In this document: in pieces, positions 39,401-48,769 of the stretch
How the letters are laid out: every line of letters starts with the position of its first letter
How positions within the stretch are numbered: position 1 is the stretch's first letter
DNA from: a virus
Lineage: Duplodnaviria > Caudoviricetes
Strand: one strand, 5' to 3'
IMG/VR virus record: IMGVR_UViG_3300014969_000017
Coordinates: 1-64,000 of that record
DNA: 64,000 bases
Notes under the pieces: model-generated
Told to the model about the DNA's origin: nothing
Seen by the model: only the letters and a program-made list of their open reading frames with translations
Databases searched by the model: none
Program-made: the position numbers and the translations under genes

Positions 39401-40769
39401 GTCCCTCCGGGCCTATCGGGCCGAGTGGCCCTTGCACGCCTGCGGGTCCGGGTGGCCCCTGCACGCTCCCGGTATCGACCCACGTGTCCGTGTCGTCGTC
39501 CCACACCCAGAGGTGGCCGGTGTCCGCCGCGATCCATGCGTCACCGGGCGCACCAACCGGCGGCAGATCGCCTGCTGTCGGCACGCTCCCGTGGATCGCG
39601 AGGCCAGCGCCGGGATCGCCCTGCGGTCCCTCTGGCCCCTCCGGGCCGGGCACGCCTTGCGCACCCTCTGGCCCTTGCGGCCCGGCGGGTCCGATGTCTC
39701 CGGTCGCGCCCGTGGCTCCGGCTGGCCCTTGCGCACCGGTCGCACCCTGCTGTCCCGGATCGCCCGGTATGCCTTGAGCGCCCGTCGGCCCGGTCGGCCC
39801 GGTCGCGCCCGTCGGACCCGTCGCACCCGGATCCCCTTGCGGTCCCTGCGTCCCCTGCGGCCCCTGCGGTCCCGGCGGACCTTCCGGGCCTTGCACCTGT
39901 CCGGCATCGATCCAAACGCCGTTCGCCGCATCCCACACCCAGAGATGCCCGGAGTCCTCCGCGAACCACGCGTCACCGGGATCGCCCGGCGTCGGCAGAT
40001 CACCAGCGGACGGCACGCTGCCCTGCACCGAGAGGCCGGTGCCGGGATCGCCCTGCTCGCCCTGCGGACCTTCGGGACCGACTGGTCCCTCTGGCCCCGG
40101 CACGCCTTGCGGCCCCCGTGCGCCATCCGCACCGGTCGCGCCCGTCGGCCCTCGCGGTCCCTCTGGGCCGTCCGCGCCGGGCACGCCTTGGATGCCCTGA
40201 ATGCCTTGCTGTCCGGGCGGACCCTGCGGCCCCTCGGGACCAACTGGCCCCGGATCGCCGGTGTTGCCCTGCGGTCCCTGCGGCCCCTGCGGCCCGTCGA
40301 GGCCCGGAGGTCCGGCCGGACCCATCGGACCATCAGCACCCGGCTGACCGTTCTGCCCGTCAGCACCGGTCGGGCCTTGTGGTCCCGGCGGTCCGGGCGG
40401 TCCCAGATCGCCTGCTGGTCCCGTTGGTCCCTCGGGTCCGGGCGGACCCTGCACGCCGAGCCTCAGCGAGTCGAGCGTGTGGCCGGTGATGCCTGCGTAA
40501 ATCTGATCGCCCACCACCACCACGCGTTCGCGGAACGGTTCCTCCGCGAGGCGCTGGATGGTGAACACATCCCCCGCCGTCTCGATGACGCGGACGATCT
40601 CGGCGTTGGGATAGATCGGGAGTTCATTCGCGGCGCAGATGACCGCATTGAACGGCGGCGCAGGGAAGCGCACGCCGTGGCCCGGCTGCACGGACAGCGA
40701 GGTACCGGTGTTGGCGGGTACCGGAGCACCCGCCACCGTGGAATAGGAAAAGTTGCGAAAGTCGTCCAC
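36483..40769 (-). CDS. Collagen-like fibre protein
   Basis: Long Gly-X-Y tracts separated by repeated GSVP.AGDLP...GDAW...GHLWVWD modules. Likely GTG start at 40769 (MDDFRNF). Confidence 0.85.
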   Translation of the reverse strand: MDDFRNFSYSTVAGAPVPANTGTSLSVQPGHGVRFPAPPFNAVICAANELPIYPNAEIVRVIETAGDVFTIQRLAEEPFRERVVVVGDQIYAGITGHTLDSLRLGVQGPPGPEGPTGPAGDLGPPGPPGPQGPTGADGQNGQPGADGPMGPAGPPGLDGPQGPQGPQGNTGDPGPVGPEGPQGPPGQQGIQGIQGVPGADGPEGPRGPTGATGADGARGPQGVPGPEGPVGPEGPQGEQGDPGTGLSVQGSVPSAGDLPTPGDPGDAWFAEDSGHLWVWDAANGVWIDAGQVQGPEGPPGPQGPQGTQGPQGDPGATGPTGATGPTGPTGAQGIPGDPGQQGATGAQGPAGATGATGDIGPAGPQGPEGAQGVPGPEGPEGPQGDPGAGLAIHGSVPTAGDLPPVGAPGDAWIAADTGHLWVWDDDTDTWVDTGSVQGPPGPAGVQGPLGPIGPEGPQGVQGPQGVQGPQGIQGIEGPEGPKGEQGDPSPSASWFPYRMNAQTSQNDPGAGNVKWNDVDQLAATSLYIDWLTTDGFDAHLMFANLVPGSIIYVQDRDIAVVYQKWELVEYISYVDWFEIRVALLEIGGSGLMGNNKPIALVVVAVAPQGPIGPVGPAGPIGPQGETGAQGEQGPQGPQGTPGDNATLPTAPLGQVLISQAPGVQPIFSTHPLLMAPDALLSFQDRPNSRAYTIGLHPEFDSGNLEFGRTDAPLKATVGFFGNTDGLDNVGWGLSAGGRLLFKIVGGQIVFTPSEGGGAGKVQFGRRYQDSSPAVGAAVEFWPTLTQVDPAIAVMTPGGASATWWVDRLGVMNAPAGIANPALVQSDSPGLVLIDTARPADQRRWHVWTTGGYLQFDLENDDGSLIGRPAFIDRNGAGQFRWNGAISGPVVVLQNRLELQEVPVAGIAGQTTGALASFLDASTDVNGAVIATGGTKHVLGRWNGTNWVVVGGASAAVVAHAPTHAVGGVDPITITALAGFPGGTTTFLRDDGVFAPGVSGPVGPQGPQGATGATGATGAQGPTGATGAQGPQGDQGPQGPQGPQGNPAFVPDLVQARLLGRGGASGPGQPEPIVLGTNLSFSGTTLNAVGGVPGGATTQLQFNDGGVFAGDAGLTFNKTTKALTVGGDIVGGASPLALHLATAAASDTSYLILSGAGVVDHLRGAYIFVAGNQNNNPGRVQLQPGNVANAKTVICRSDGNPALTIDGATGAALLSNGRIVLGPDGSADGGGGNGATIVRDTLDGADNGYVYIGGGGGVVDTAHGARLLITGNEFAYPGGAVIYTGNAAGCAVSLRDSQGVIGLNFDADSLTVSQRRPVTVIGAVPVYDGPTTNLTFDLKTGSAFQASGIAGSFNIKFSNLPPSGVEYVCSIQFDMGAAVGAVTYPTGTVWDEDVVPVWPGAGRTMILGFSTLNGGGRWRGYVGGRNFPT

Positions 40770-40812
40770 CGGTCCCGCTTCCGTTTCGACTGTGCCGCCG
40801 CCGCCGCGACGG

Positions 40813-41277
40813 TTACTTCGCGAACGGGAACGACTTCTTGACTTGCGCCGGACCAGCCACTTCGTCGTCAGGTGGTTCGGCGGCTTCTTCGGCTGGCGTC
40901 TCCGTTGCCTCGTGCGCGGCACCTTCTTCGCTGGTGTCCGTCGTCACGTCTGGCTCGACGCCGACCGTCTGACCGTCGTCCGTCTCGTACTCGAACTTCA
41001 GCTTCTTCTTCCCGTGAACGGTCGAGACTTTGACCTTGCGCATGTCGAGCGCGAACGTGGACGCGGGGCACGTGCGTGCCTTGTCCAATCGTCGCGCGAG
41101 TTCACGGCGATCTCCGCCGCTCACGCCGTGCGCATCGCGCCACGGCCCCATGCGTTCTGCGGCTTGCGGATCCATTGGTGGCGAGCACCGGTCTTCGCAC
41201 AGGATGACGGACATGCCGCCGTCGAGCGTCAACCAGAGTGCGCCATCCTCGCGAGTACCAGCGACACGCATACTCAT
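40813..41277 (-). CDS. Hypothetical protein sharing its N-terminal domain with 41284-42360
   Basis: [35 protein letters not shown] vs MRIVGTRADGTQWVTLDGGMAVLLRADRCSPPVDP. Confidence 0.65.
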   Translation of the reverse strand: MSMRVAGTREDGALWLTLDGGMSVILCEDRCSPPMDPQAAERMGPWRDAHGVSGGDRRELARRLDKARTCPASTFALDMRKVKVSTVHGKKKLKFEYETDDGQTVGVEPDVTTDTSEEGAAHEATETPAEEAAEPPDDEVAGPAQVKKSFPFAK

Positions 41278-41283
41278 CTCCTT

Positions 41284-42360
41284 CTATTTCTTCACGCCAG
41301 CGGGAGGGATGCCGAGCTTGCGCGTCCACTCCGTGGAGAGGTGGTAAATCTGCGACATCGGCATATCGACCACCGTGACTTTCATCGCAGTGTCGTTGTT
41401 CAGGTTCCCGTCTTCGGCGTCACGCCCGACCGCAGCGGCCCACGTGTGGTGTCCGTCGATCACGTAGCCATCGCGCGATACCCAGATCCGGTTCTTCTCC
41501 GACTTCGGATCGAAGCCAGAGTTGAGCATCATCCCCGCGACCTTCGTGCCTTCCATCTCGGCTTGGCTGGCCTTCAGCTTCCGCGAGAGCATGGTGTCGG
41601 GGTGCGTTTTGACGCCGGACGCTTGGAGATGCTTGAGGAACTGTTGCGCCGCGTTCACTTCACCGTTCGCATCGCGCGGGAGCTTGTCCGCCTCGCTGCC
41701 GGGGATCGGATTCTTCGACTTGAACTGCGGCATCTCGATGCGCGGAATGCCGTGCGGGAACTTCTCCGTCTTGAGCGTTTCCTGACAGAAGATGCTGGCC
41801 CCCTTCACCGTGACCGTGCAGGGATCCCAGTTCTTCGCGTCCTTCCCCGCCGCCTGCGCCGCCAGTGCTTTCTCGCCCAGCAGCCGGAGCACGGTGTGAA
41901 CTTGCCGCGTGTCCTTCAGTTCGACGTTCTCGCCCTTCAGGATGAGATCGACGCCTTCCTCGGCCGTCTCGACCTGATGCACCGGCTTGCTGCGCTGCTG
42001 ACGAATCGCCTCCTGCATCGACCGCTGGACTTCGTTCAACGACGGATGGTAATCGTCACCATCCTTCTCGGACCCGCCGCCAGTGCCATCGCTGTACTGA
42101 TTGCCGCGAAACGGGTGGCCCTCCACGTCTCCGAGGTGGAACGTGCGCAGCGACACCGTGCGTGCGCGTTCGAGTCGGCGCACGAGCACGCGCTGCTCGT
42201 CTCCGTTCCGCACGACCGGCGCGAACGTCCACGGCCCCAGTGATTCAAGGAGGTGCGGATCCACCGGCGGCGAACAGCGGTCGGCGCGAAGCAGCACGGC
42301 CATCCCGCCGTCGAGCGTGACCCACTGGGTACCGTCTGCGCGTGTGCCTACGATTCGCAT
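41284..42360 (-). CDS. Tagged ParB/Srx-like protein
   Basis: FHLGDVEGHPFRGNQYS tag; LKASQAEM...IWVSRDGYVIDGHHTWAA. Confidence 0.75.
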   Translation of the reverse strand: MRIVGTRADGTQWVTLDGGMAVLLRADRCSPPVDPHLLESLGPWTFAPVVRNGDEQRVLVRRLERARTVSLRTFHLGDVEGHPFRGNQYSDGTGGGSEKDGDDYHPSLNEVQRSMQEAIRQQRSKPVHQVETAEEGVDLILKGENVELKDTRQVHTVLRLLGEKALAAQAAGKDAKNWDPCTVTVKGASIFCQETLKTEKFPHGIPRIEMPQFKSKNPIPGSEADKLPRDANGEVNAAQQFLKHLQASGVKTHPDTMLSRKLKASQAEMEGTKVAGMMLNSGFDPKSEKNRIWVSRDGYVIDGHHTWAAAVGRDAEDGNLNNDTAMKVTVVDMPMSQIYHLSTEWTRKLGIPPAGVKK

Positions 42361-42366
42361 CGTCGT

Positions 42367-44271
42367 TTACCGATGGCGGCGCGTGGACGTGATCGCCGCC
42401 TGCACCGCGCGTGCGCTCATGCGCTCAGCGGCTGGCGTGTGCGGGTCAGCGGCGATAGCCCCGTACGCGGAATGGAGGTCGTCAAGGTCTTTCGGCTTCA
42501 GCTTGTGGAACGTGTCGATGGTCAGCTTCTTCCGGTTGGCCTTCGGCCCGAGGATGCGCGTGATCGTCGCATCGCCTTCCGCCGCCGTCAGGAACTGGCC
42601 GCGCTCGTTGCGCGGATGCTGGCCTTCGTCCCAATCGAGCGCGAACGCCATCTCGTCGTCCGTCATGTGCATCGGCGGCATCCGCGCGTGCGGCGGCGGT
42701 GCGGCCCCACGTGGTGCGCCGGGATGCTTCGGCGTCGGCTCGCCGCCCTGTTGGTCGTCTGGGTTGCCGCCCTCGGCCTGTTGCTGCTGGTCCGGTTCCT
42801 CGCCCGGCCCCGGTCGATTCGGGTTCGTCGCATCACCCGCGTTCGTGCCATCGCCCTGCTGCGGCACAGCCGACGCGTCACCCGGTTGCGCGGCCTTCTC
42901 GGACTTCGCCTCGCGCGAGCGCGTGGGCGCGAGCGGCGGCAACCCGAGCATCTTGCGCAGCACCGCTTCGTCGTCGTCCTGCGGCGTGATGAGCGTGCCC
43001 TGCAACTGGGCGAGCACGCTGACCAGCGCGGTGAGATCGAGTTGTTCGAGGTCGAGGCAGACCGGGTCCGGATACTTCCGGCGCGACATATCGAAGTTGA
43101 AGTCGCACAGCGGCTTGATCACGCTGTTCTTCAGATCGCCGTTGATGCCGTTCGCAATCCCGTCGAGCGACGAGATGAACATATCGGTGATGCGCGAGCC
43201 GTAGCCGGAGCCGACGTGCGTGCCCACTTGGTTGTTCTGCCCGGAGGCCAGAAACATCGCGAGGACGTTCCGCGCCATCTGCGAATCGTTATGCTCGATC
43301 CATGAGATGCCGAACTGCCCGGCCGTGCCCTGTCCGCTGTTCCCGCCCTCGATACGAAACGCGGTGTGCTCCGGCGTCACCATGTACGACTTCTCGTTCG
43401 CACGCACCGACCGCAAAATCTCCCGGATCAACCCGAGGTCGCCGGTCGAAAGCGTGTTGCCCTCCTCCAGCGCGATGATGGGAATGCCGACGCCCCAGCG
43501 GTCGAGGCCGACGCCCATGATGCGGTACGCCTCGTCCTTGAAGAACCAGTTGCGATAGATATTCCGCAGCAGCGACATCCCGTGGTAGTTGTCGCCCTCG
43601 CGGTCGAGCACGAACACCGCGCAGTACTCGGCGGGGATGGTCAGGTACTGGTAGCTGACGGAGCCACCATAGATCGCCGCCCGGTTATTGCCCCGTGAGT
43701 CGCGGCTCGCGTAGGGCACGGGCGCGTACTGCACGATGTGTTCGAGCTTGCCCTCCCGATTGACGTGCCATTCGCGCAGCGTCTTCGGCAGGCGTGGGGC
43801 CAGTCGCTTGAAGCGATAGAAGCCCTGCTCGTCCACCTTCCAGATTTTCTCCAGCACCGAGACGCCGAACTCCAACTGCATCAGGATGTGGCGCAGCGTG
43901 AAGTCCCACGAGTCGTCCATCGAGTCGTCCTCGAACAACGCCCCGTTGCAGAACTCTGCGATCTGCTTGTCTACCGGATCGGAACTGGCCGCGTTGACTT
44001 GCCACGTCGCCCCGCGCAGCGGGAGCTTGATGACTTGCAGCATGGCGCGGACGTTGGCGTCCGTGCGGCGCATCTTGTCGTACTGCGCAACGGCCTTCTG
44101 CCAGTCATCGAAGTCGGGGTTGTAATCCTCCCGACGAATGGTGCCACCGTAGTTCTCGGTGCCGGAGACGCCGTGCTCCTGCGCGGCCACGCCACGAATC
44201 GGAGCCGACGGCACGCCCTGTTGACTGAGGTCGCGGCGGAAGATCGGTGGAATGAGGTCCGTCAGTTTCAT
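42367..44271 (-). CDS. Portal protein (DUF935 / Mu gp29-like) with tagged C-terminal extension
   Basis: YDKMRRTDANV...GVSVLEKIW...YHGMSLLRNIYRNW...GVGIP...IKPLCDFNF; C-terminal LDWDEGQHPRNERGQF. Confidence 0.9.
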   Translation of the reverse strand: MKLTDLIPPIFRRDLSQQGVPSAPIRGVAAQEHGVSGTENYGGTIRREDYNPDFDDWQKAVAQYDKMRRTDANVRAMLQVIKLPLRGATWQVNAASSDPVDKQIAEFCNGALFEDDSMDDSWDFTLRHILMQLEFGVSVLEKIWKVDEQGFYRFKRLAPRLPKTLREWHVNREGKLEHIVQYAPVPYASRDSRGNNRAAIYGGSVSYQYLTIPAEYCAVFVLDREGDNYHGMSLLRNIYRNWFFKDEAYRIMGVGLDRWGVGIPIIALEEGNTLSTGDLGLIREILRSVRANEKSYMVTPEHTAFRIEGGNSGQGTAGQFGISWIEHNDSQMARNVLAMFLASGQNNQVGTHVGSGYGSRITDMFISSLDGIANGINGDLKNSVIKPLCDFNFDMSRRKYPDPVCLDLEQLDLTALVSVLAQLQGTLITPQDDDEAVLRKMLGLPPLAPTRSREAKSEKAAQPGDASAVPQQGDGTNAGDATNPNRPGPGEEPDQQQQAEGGNPDDQQGGEPTPKHPGAPRGAAPPPHARMPPMHMTDDEMAFALDWDEGQHPRNERGQFLTAAEGDATITRILGPKANRKKLTIDTFHKLKPKDLDDLHSAYGAIAADPHTPAAERMSARAVQAAITSTRRHR

Positions 44272-44336
44272 GCGGAAAGCCGGACCATTATGCCGTCACC
44301 CTACAACACGCGGGGGTGAAAAATCTCGTCGGCCGT

Positions 44337-45041
44337 CTATGTTGGGGTCGGCACGACCCAGAGGAAGACCAGCGCATCCGCCGTGCGCGTCACCCGATGC
44401 GGCTCCCAGTCGGGGATCGGGAAGCCGTGCGAGACGATGCGCGTGCCCGGCTTCAGCGCACGGAACCGATCCACCAGCACCGCCATCGCGCTGCTCACCA
44501 GATAGCACGTGACCACGGTCGGCTGGCCCCAGTCGGTATCCTCGATGCGCCCGTGCTGGAACGATGCGGTCACGTACCGCACGTCCTCGGCCGCACGTTC
44601 GTTCGCCTCGGCCACGAACCGCGCGTCGATCTCGATGCCACGGCCGTACGCCCCGCGCTTCGTCGCCGCGAACACCACGCGGCCGTCACCGCTGCCGAGG
44701 TCGAGCACGTGATCGCCCGGCCCCACCTCTGCGAGGTCCAGCATCTCCTCCACGACCTCGAACGGGGTCGGGCACCACGGCGCGAGCGTCTGCGCCATGC
44801 GCGACCGGATCTCGTCGTCGTCTGGTGTTGGGATGTCGAGGAGCGCGGTGTCCACCGCCCGGCGCAGTTCGACCAGCGCCTGCTGGCGCGTCGGCGTGTC
44901 TGGCAGGAGCCGCATGAACTGGAGCGCCACGAGGAGGCCGAGGCTCTGGACTTGCCACCAGTCGCCCCCGGCCAGCGGGTTCTCCGTGTGCGGAGCCGGG
45001 AACCAGTCGAGGAGGTTCTGGCTGGTGATAGGGAGGTGCAT
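44337..45041 (-). CDS. Class I SAM-dependent methyltransferase
   Basis: WCPTP.EVVEEML...VLDLGSGDGRVVF...GIEID...LKPGTRIVSH. Confidence 0.85.
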   Translation of the reverse strand: MHLPITSQNLLDWFPAPHTENPLAGGDWWQVQSLGLLVALQFMRLLPDTPTRQQALVELRRAVDTALLDIPTPDDDEIRSRMAQTLAPWCPTPFEVVEEMLDLAEVGPGDHVLDLGSGDGRVVFAATKRGAYGRGIEIDARFVAEANERAAEDVRYVTASFQHGRIEDTDWGQPTVVTCYLVSSAMAVLVDRFRALKPGTRIVSHGFPIPDWEPHRVTRTADALVFLWVVPTPT

Positions 45042-45313
45042 CACACGCCGAGCCGAGCGCCGCCGGTGCCGTCGTCTACGACCCGGACGCCGGGCACGAA
45101 CGCCAGCGCCTGCGCGACCGCACTGGTGCCGTTGAAGTAGACCTGTCGCGTCGTGACTTGCACGAGAACGCCGACGGCCGGGATGTCGATGGCCTTCGTC
45201 TCGCGCACCCAGCCCTCGGACTCGCTGGCCTCTTGGCACAGCATCTTCCACTGGGTCGGATCCCCAACCGTGGTGTAGTCAAGGACGCCGGGGACCGGGA
45301 CGGTGTCAGGCAC
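45041..45313 (-). CDS. Hypothetical phage protein
   Basis: 90 aa, coupled to the methyltransferase; a TAGAAT -10-like box lies just upstream. Confidence 0.55.
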   Translation of the reverse strand: MPDTVPVPGVLDYTTVGDPTQWKMLCQEASESEGWVRETKAIDIPAVGVLVQVTTRQVYFNGTSAVAQALAFVPGVRVVDDGTGGARLGV

Positions 45314-46304
45314 GGCGGGATTCTACCCTGCGCCCTTCACGGTACCGTGAAAAGTCAGCGCAGCCAGACGCTGCGCCGCGCCGCCGCCCGGCGGTCTGTC
45401 TCCATACGGTACTGCCGGGAACCGTGCGCCAAGAACGCCACCGCGCCGACCAGTAGTGCGGTCGCTCCCACCCACCAGCGCATCAGAGCACGAGCGCGAG
45501 GATGCGAGCCTTCAGCCGGTCGTACGCGGCCCAGTCCACGCGCTCGTCGCAGCGCCAGAGCGACTGGAGCAGACGCGCTTCGTCCGCCGTCAGCACGATG
45601 CCCTGCGTGGCAGCGGGTCGCGCGGGGACAGCCTTGAGCGTGGAAGGAGCGGAATCAGTCATAGCTCCATCGATCATCGTCGTCGCCTCCGGAGTCGGTG
45701 GGAATAGTAACAGAACGGTTTATTGCCGCCCCGATTCACCCTTACGTTTCTGGCGCAACTGTTCCCAGACCTCCATCACGCGATGCAGATCGGGACTGAG
45801 CGCCGCGTGTTCCTCGGCGGTGGCAATCCGAAACCCGTCGTCCGTGAACACGAGCACGGTCCCGCACTGCGAGCAGAAGGTCACGTCGCCCGGCTTCGGC
45901 TGCGGCGGACCCGGCGCTTTGTGCTGGGTCGAGATTTCCGTCACCGCATCGTGAATAGTGAGACACGCCGGGCACTGGCGCGGTCGCTCCGGCTTCTGCG
46001 AGGAGCGGATGTAAATCTTGCGTTTAGAGGACAAGGTCACGCGTCACCGTGAGGAGCGGCGCGTCCGGTCCTCCGTGATGCCCTCGCTTGAAGACGCCGC
46101 CAATCGCTTCGCCAATCGCTTCCGTGATCGCCTCACGCTGCGAGCGGCTGAAGCCGTCGGCCCACTGGATCCCGTGCATCCCCACGTTGACCTTGACCCG
46201 GCCCGAGTCCGTCGGCTTGGTCACAATCGTCACCGTAATCGTCGTCGCGCCCTTCGGCATCGTCTCCAGCCTCCGCAGTACATCGAGTCGTCGCATGCGT
46301 CCCC

Positions 46305-46670
46305 TCAGTCGAGGTCGATCCGCCGCGTGGTCGTCGGCACCGGCGCGGCCCGGCCTCCACACTTCGCCACCATGCGCTCGTGTCCGACGTGCGCCTGCTG
46401 CCGCGTGTGGTAGCGATACTGCTCGCCGTCGAACGGGCCACCGAACACCAGTGTCTCCCAGAGGAGCGGCTGGCCCGTGCGCGTGAAGTTGTGATCGAGC
46501 GCGAGGAACACCGTCGAGACGCGCACGTGCTCGTTGATCGGCGTCAACTCCAGCGTGCGGTCTGCGACCTCGTACCACTGCGCCCACGTCACGAGGTCCG
46601 GGCACAACTGCGGCTCGCCCAGTGCGTTCAGGATGTAGCGGCCGTTCGCGTTCATCGTCGGATCGATCAT
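46305..46670 (-). CDS. Hypothetical phage protein (VSTVFLALDH...LWETLVFGG)
   Basis: Globular-looking ORF; ends in RRIDLD. Confidence 0.6.
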   Translation of the reverse strand: MIDPTMNANGRYILNALGEPQLCPDLVTWAQWYEVADRTLELTPINEHVRVSTVFLALDHNFTRTGQPLLWETLVFGGPFDGEQYRYHTRQQAHVGHERMVAKCGGRAAPVPTTTRRIDLD

Positions 46671-47614
46671 CGCGTCTTGCTCCTCGCTCGCATCGTCCGA
46701 TTCAGGCTGTCCAGCAGCGCCTGCTTCTCGTGCAGCGCGACCCATTCGTCCGGCGTCACCGCGTGAACCACGCCAGCCAGTGTGCCGATGACCGGCGTCA
46801 GCGGTCGCGTGTCCCACGCCCCCGCGAGGCGCAGGAACTCGACGCGCTGCTCGTGCGGGGTCATCGCGTCGTCACGTAGGCGATGTCCCAGCTTCGGCGT
46901 TTGGCTCGCGAGTTGATGCAGACCACCGGGATGTGCCGCCCTCGGTCCACGATCACGCGTCGGCCGTCGGCCTTCTCGTAAATGTTGCGCCGCACGACAC
47001 GGCCGTTGTGGTTCGCGCCCAAGTCCACCAGCGCGATCTCGACCAGCGTCATCACCATTGCAGCGACTCCCGGCGGCGGCGGAGCCAGTCCGGGTCGAGC
47101 CGCCACGTCGAACCGACCGGCCCATCCCAGAGGCGCGGTAGATCGGCGCGTTGCAAGCACGCACCCCCAGCGGGTTTCCCTGCGGCCATCCGGGCGCGGA
47201 CCCAGCGTTCCCAGTAGCCGCCACCGGGCTGGAACGCGCCGAACGCGTCGAACGGCGCGACGACCTCGGCCACCAGCGTCGAGACGCCCTCCGCGTCCGT
47301 CACCGTGACTTGCATGCGCATCGGCGGCTTGGTCGCGAACGCGGCCGAGGCATCCGTCGGGGACGCACTGGTGTAGTGGCGGATCATCGTCACGCGACCC
47401 TCCGCCCAGTGTGCTGAATGCGCAGGGCGGTCAGGTCATGCACGGCGGCTGATGCCTCCGCTGCCGACAAGCGGCCGTCCGCGAACGCCGCCATCACGAG
47501 ATCCCAGCGCCGGTTGTACTCCTGCAACGTGATCGTCATCGCCATCGTCGTCTCCACCTGATTGATACTACCACGGGTCCGAGGCCGGGGCAATCCCCCG
47601 GCCCGGCCGACCAG

Positions 47615-47869
47615 TTACACGCCCCAGCGAGCCGCGACTCGCGAGCCGCGCGTCGTCGTGAGGAAGATGGCCCAGACTTCGTCCTCGCTCACCGGGCGTC
47701 CGAGGTCCGCTTCCATCGACCGCCACTGCGCCTTGAGGCTGCGCTCGATGCGCTGCGCGACATCGGCGGTGCGCTCGCCGTCGGCGTAGAGGTTCTCGGG
47801 GCTGAGGCGCGTGAGCAGGGCGAAGAACTGTTCGGCCATCGCGGGGGTCAAGGTCGGGGGCGTCGTCAT
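47615..47869 (-). CDS. Hypothetical early protein (LSPENLYADGE)
   Basis: GGAGACGACG RBS before ATG. Confidence 0.6.
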   Translation of the reverse strand: MTTPPTLTPAMAEQFFALLTRLSPENLYADGERTADVAQRIERSLKAQWRSMEADLGRPVSEDEVWAIFLTTTRGSRVAARWGV

Positions 47870-48040
47870 CGTCGTCTCCTGAAGGTGAAAAAGAGTGCCG
47901 GGCTTTTCTCCGGGGTGGCCCTTCCCGGCGTAAGGATTCTGCCACCCGTCGGGTCCGCGCTCGTTTTGCCGTTTCAGGGGAGCCACGGTACCTGTCGCCC
48001 GTCCCCTACTCACCGGCCCTCGTCGTCATCGCATAACTGG

Positions 48041-48069
48041 TTAGACGGGAATGGTAGTCGCAATGTTCC
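48041..48069 (-). promoter_or_regulatory. ECF-sigma-like promoter GGAAC-N17-CGTCTAA
   Basis: One of six similar copies in 48.0-51.5 kb. Confidence 0.6.
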
Positions 48070-48333
48070 CTAGCTGACCGGGAACCACGACCCGGCCTGT
48101 CCGGCCCTGAACTCGTCGGCGTCCACCGGCGTCACGCGCACCAGCGTGAGCGGCCCCAGTTCGACGTGCATCGCCGCGTCGTTCGCGACCTGTTCGGCGT
48201 GCATCCGGGCGAACGTCAGGTTCTCGCCATAGAAGTCGAGGCCCACCCACTTACCCTCGACCGTCGCGAAGATCCCGCGATACTGGCGCTCGCGTGCCTT
48301 GCGTGCGCCCCGAAACTCGTACTTGCGTGCCAT
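48070..48333 (-). CDS. Hypothetical early protein
   Basis: MARKYEFRG..., GAGG RBS. Confidence 0.5.
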   Translation of the reverse strand: MARKYEFRGARKARERQYRGIFATVEGKWVGLDFYGENLTFARMHAEQVANDAAMHVELGPLTLVRVTPVDADEFRAGQAGSWFPVS

Positions 48334-48376
48334 CGTCGTCGCCTCGTGAGAGGCAGGGGCCGAAGCCCCCGCCCAG

Positions 48377-48727
48377 TTACCGCATGTAGACCGCGCCATA
48401 CGTGGTGATGGCATCCTGCCCGGCGTTGACGAGGATGGAGCCGCGCACGTGCTTCGCGGGTGCCTTCCACCCTGCGGCCTTCAGCACCGCGCCGTCCGCC
48501 TTGCGGATGAAGCAGAACACCGACCGGCCCCACGTGTCGCGCTGGGTCGCCACGATGCGGACGTTCTTAACGCCGGGGTCCGCCGAGAGCACCGGCGCGG
48601 CCGGGTAGCCGCCGTAGTTCTTCGCGTACTCCGCGTCGAGCCGCGCCTGCGTCGTCGCGAGGAAGGTGTCGAGGGCAATCTGAAACTCGGTGGCCGTCAG
48701 CGTCGTCGTCATCGTCGTCGTCTCCAT
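48377..48727 (-). CDS. Conserved small phage protein (SVFCFI...VLKAAGWKAPAKHVRG)
   Basis: Recognisable phage motif; directly downstream of a promoter copy; followed by a GC hairpin. Confidence 0.65.
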   Translation of the reverse strand: METTTMTTTLTATEFQIALDTFLATTQARLDAEYAKNYGGYPAAPVLSADPGVKNVRIVATQRDTWGRSVFCFIRKADGAVLKAAGWKAPAKHVRGSILVNAGQDAITTYGAVYMR

Positions 48728-48734
48728 ACCCATA

Positions 48735-48763
48735 GTATACGCGATTGCTACTGCCAATGTTCC
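48735..48763 (-). promoter_or_regulatory. Promoter copy GGAAC-N17-CGTATAC
   Basis: GGAACATTGGCAGTAGCAATCGCGTATAC on the minus strand. Confidence 0.55.
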
Positions 48764-48769
48764 ACTATC

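Noticed and set aside
37620-40460. DNA tandem repeat or array in the fibre gene
   Set aside because: The 9-bp periodicity is explained by collagen Gly-X-Y codons.
17719-42640. Tag-coding segments as DNA repeats, DGR template/variable repeats or intein ends
   Set aside because: Copies vary mainly at synonymous positions, no reverse transcriptase is present, and no intein C/HN termini are seen.
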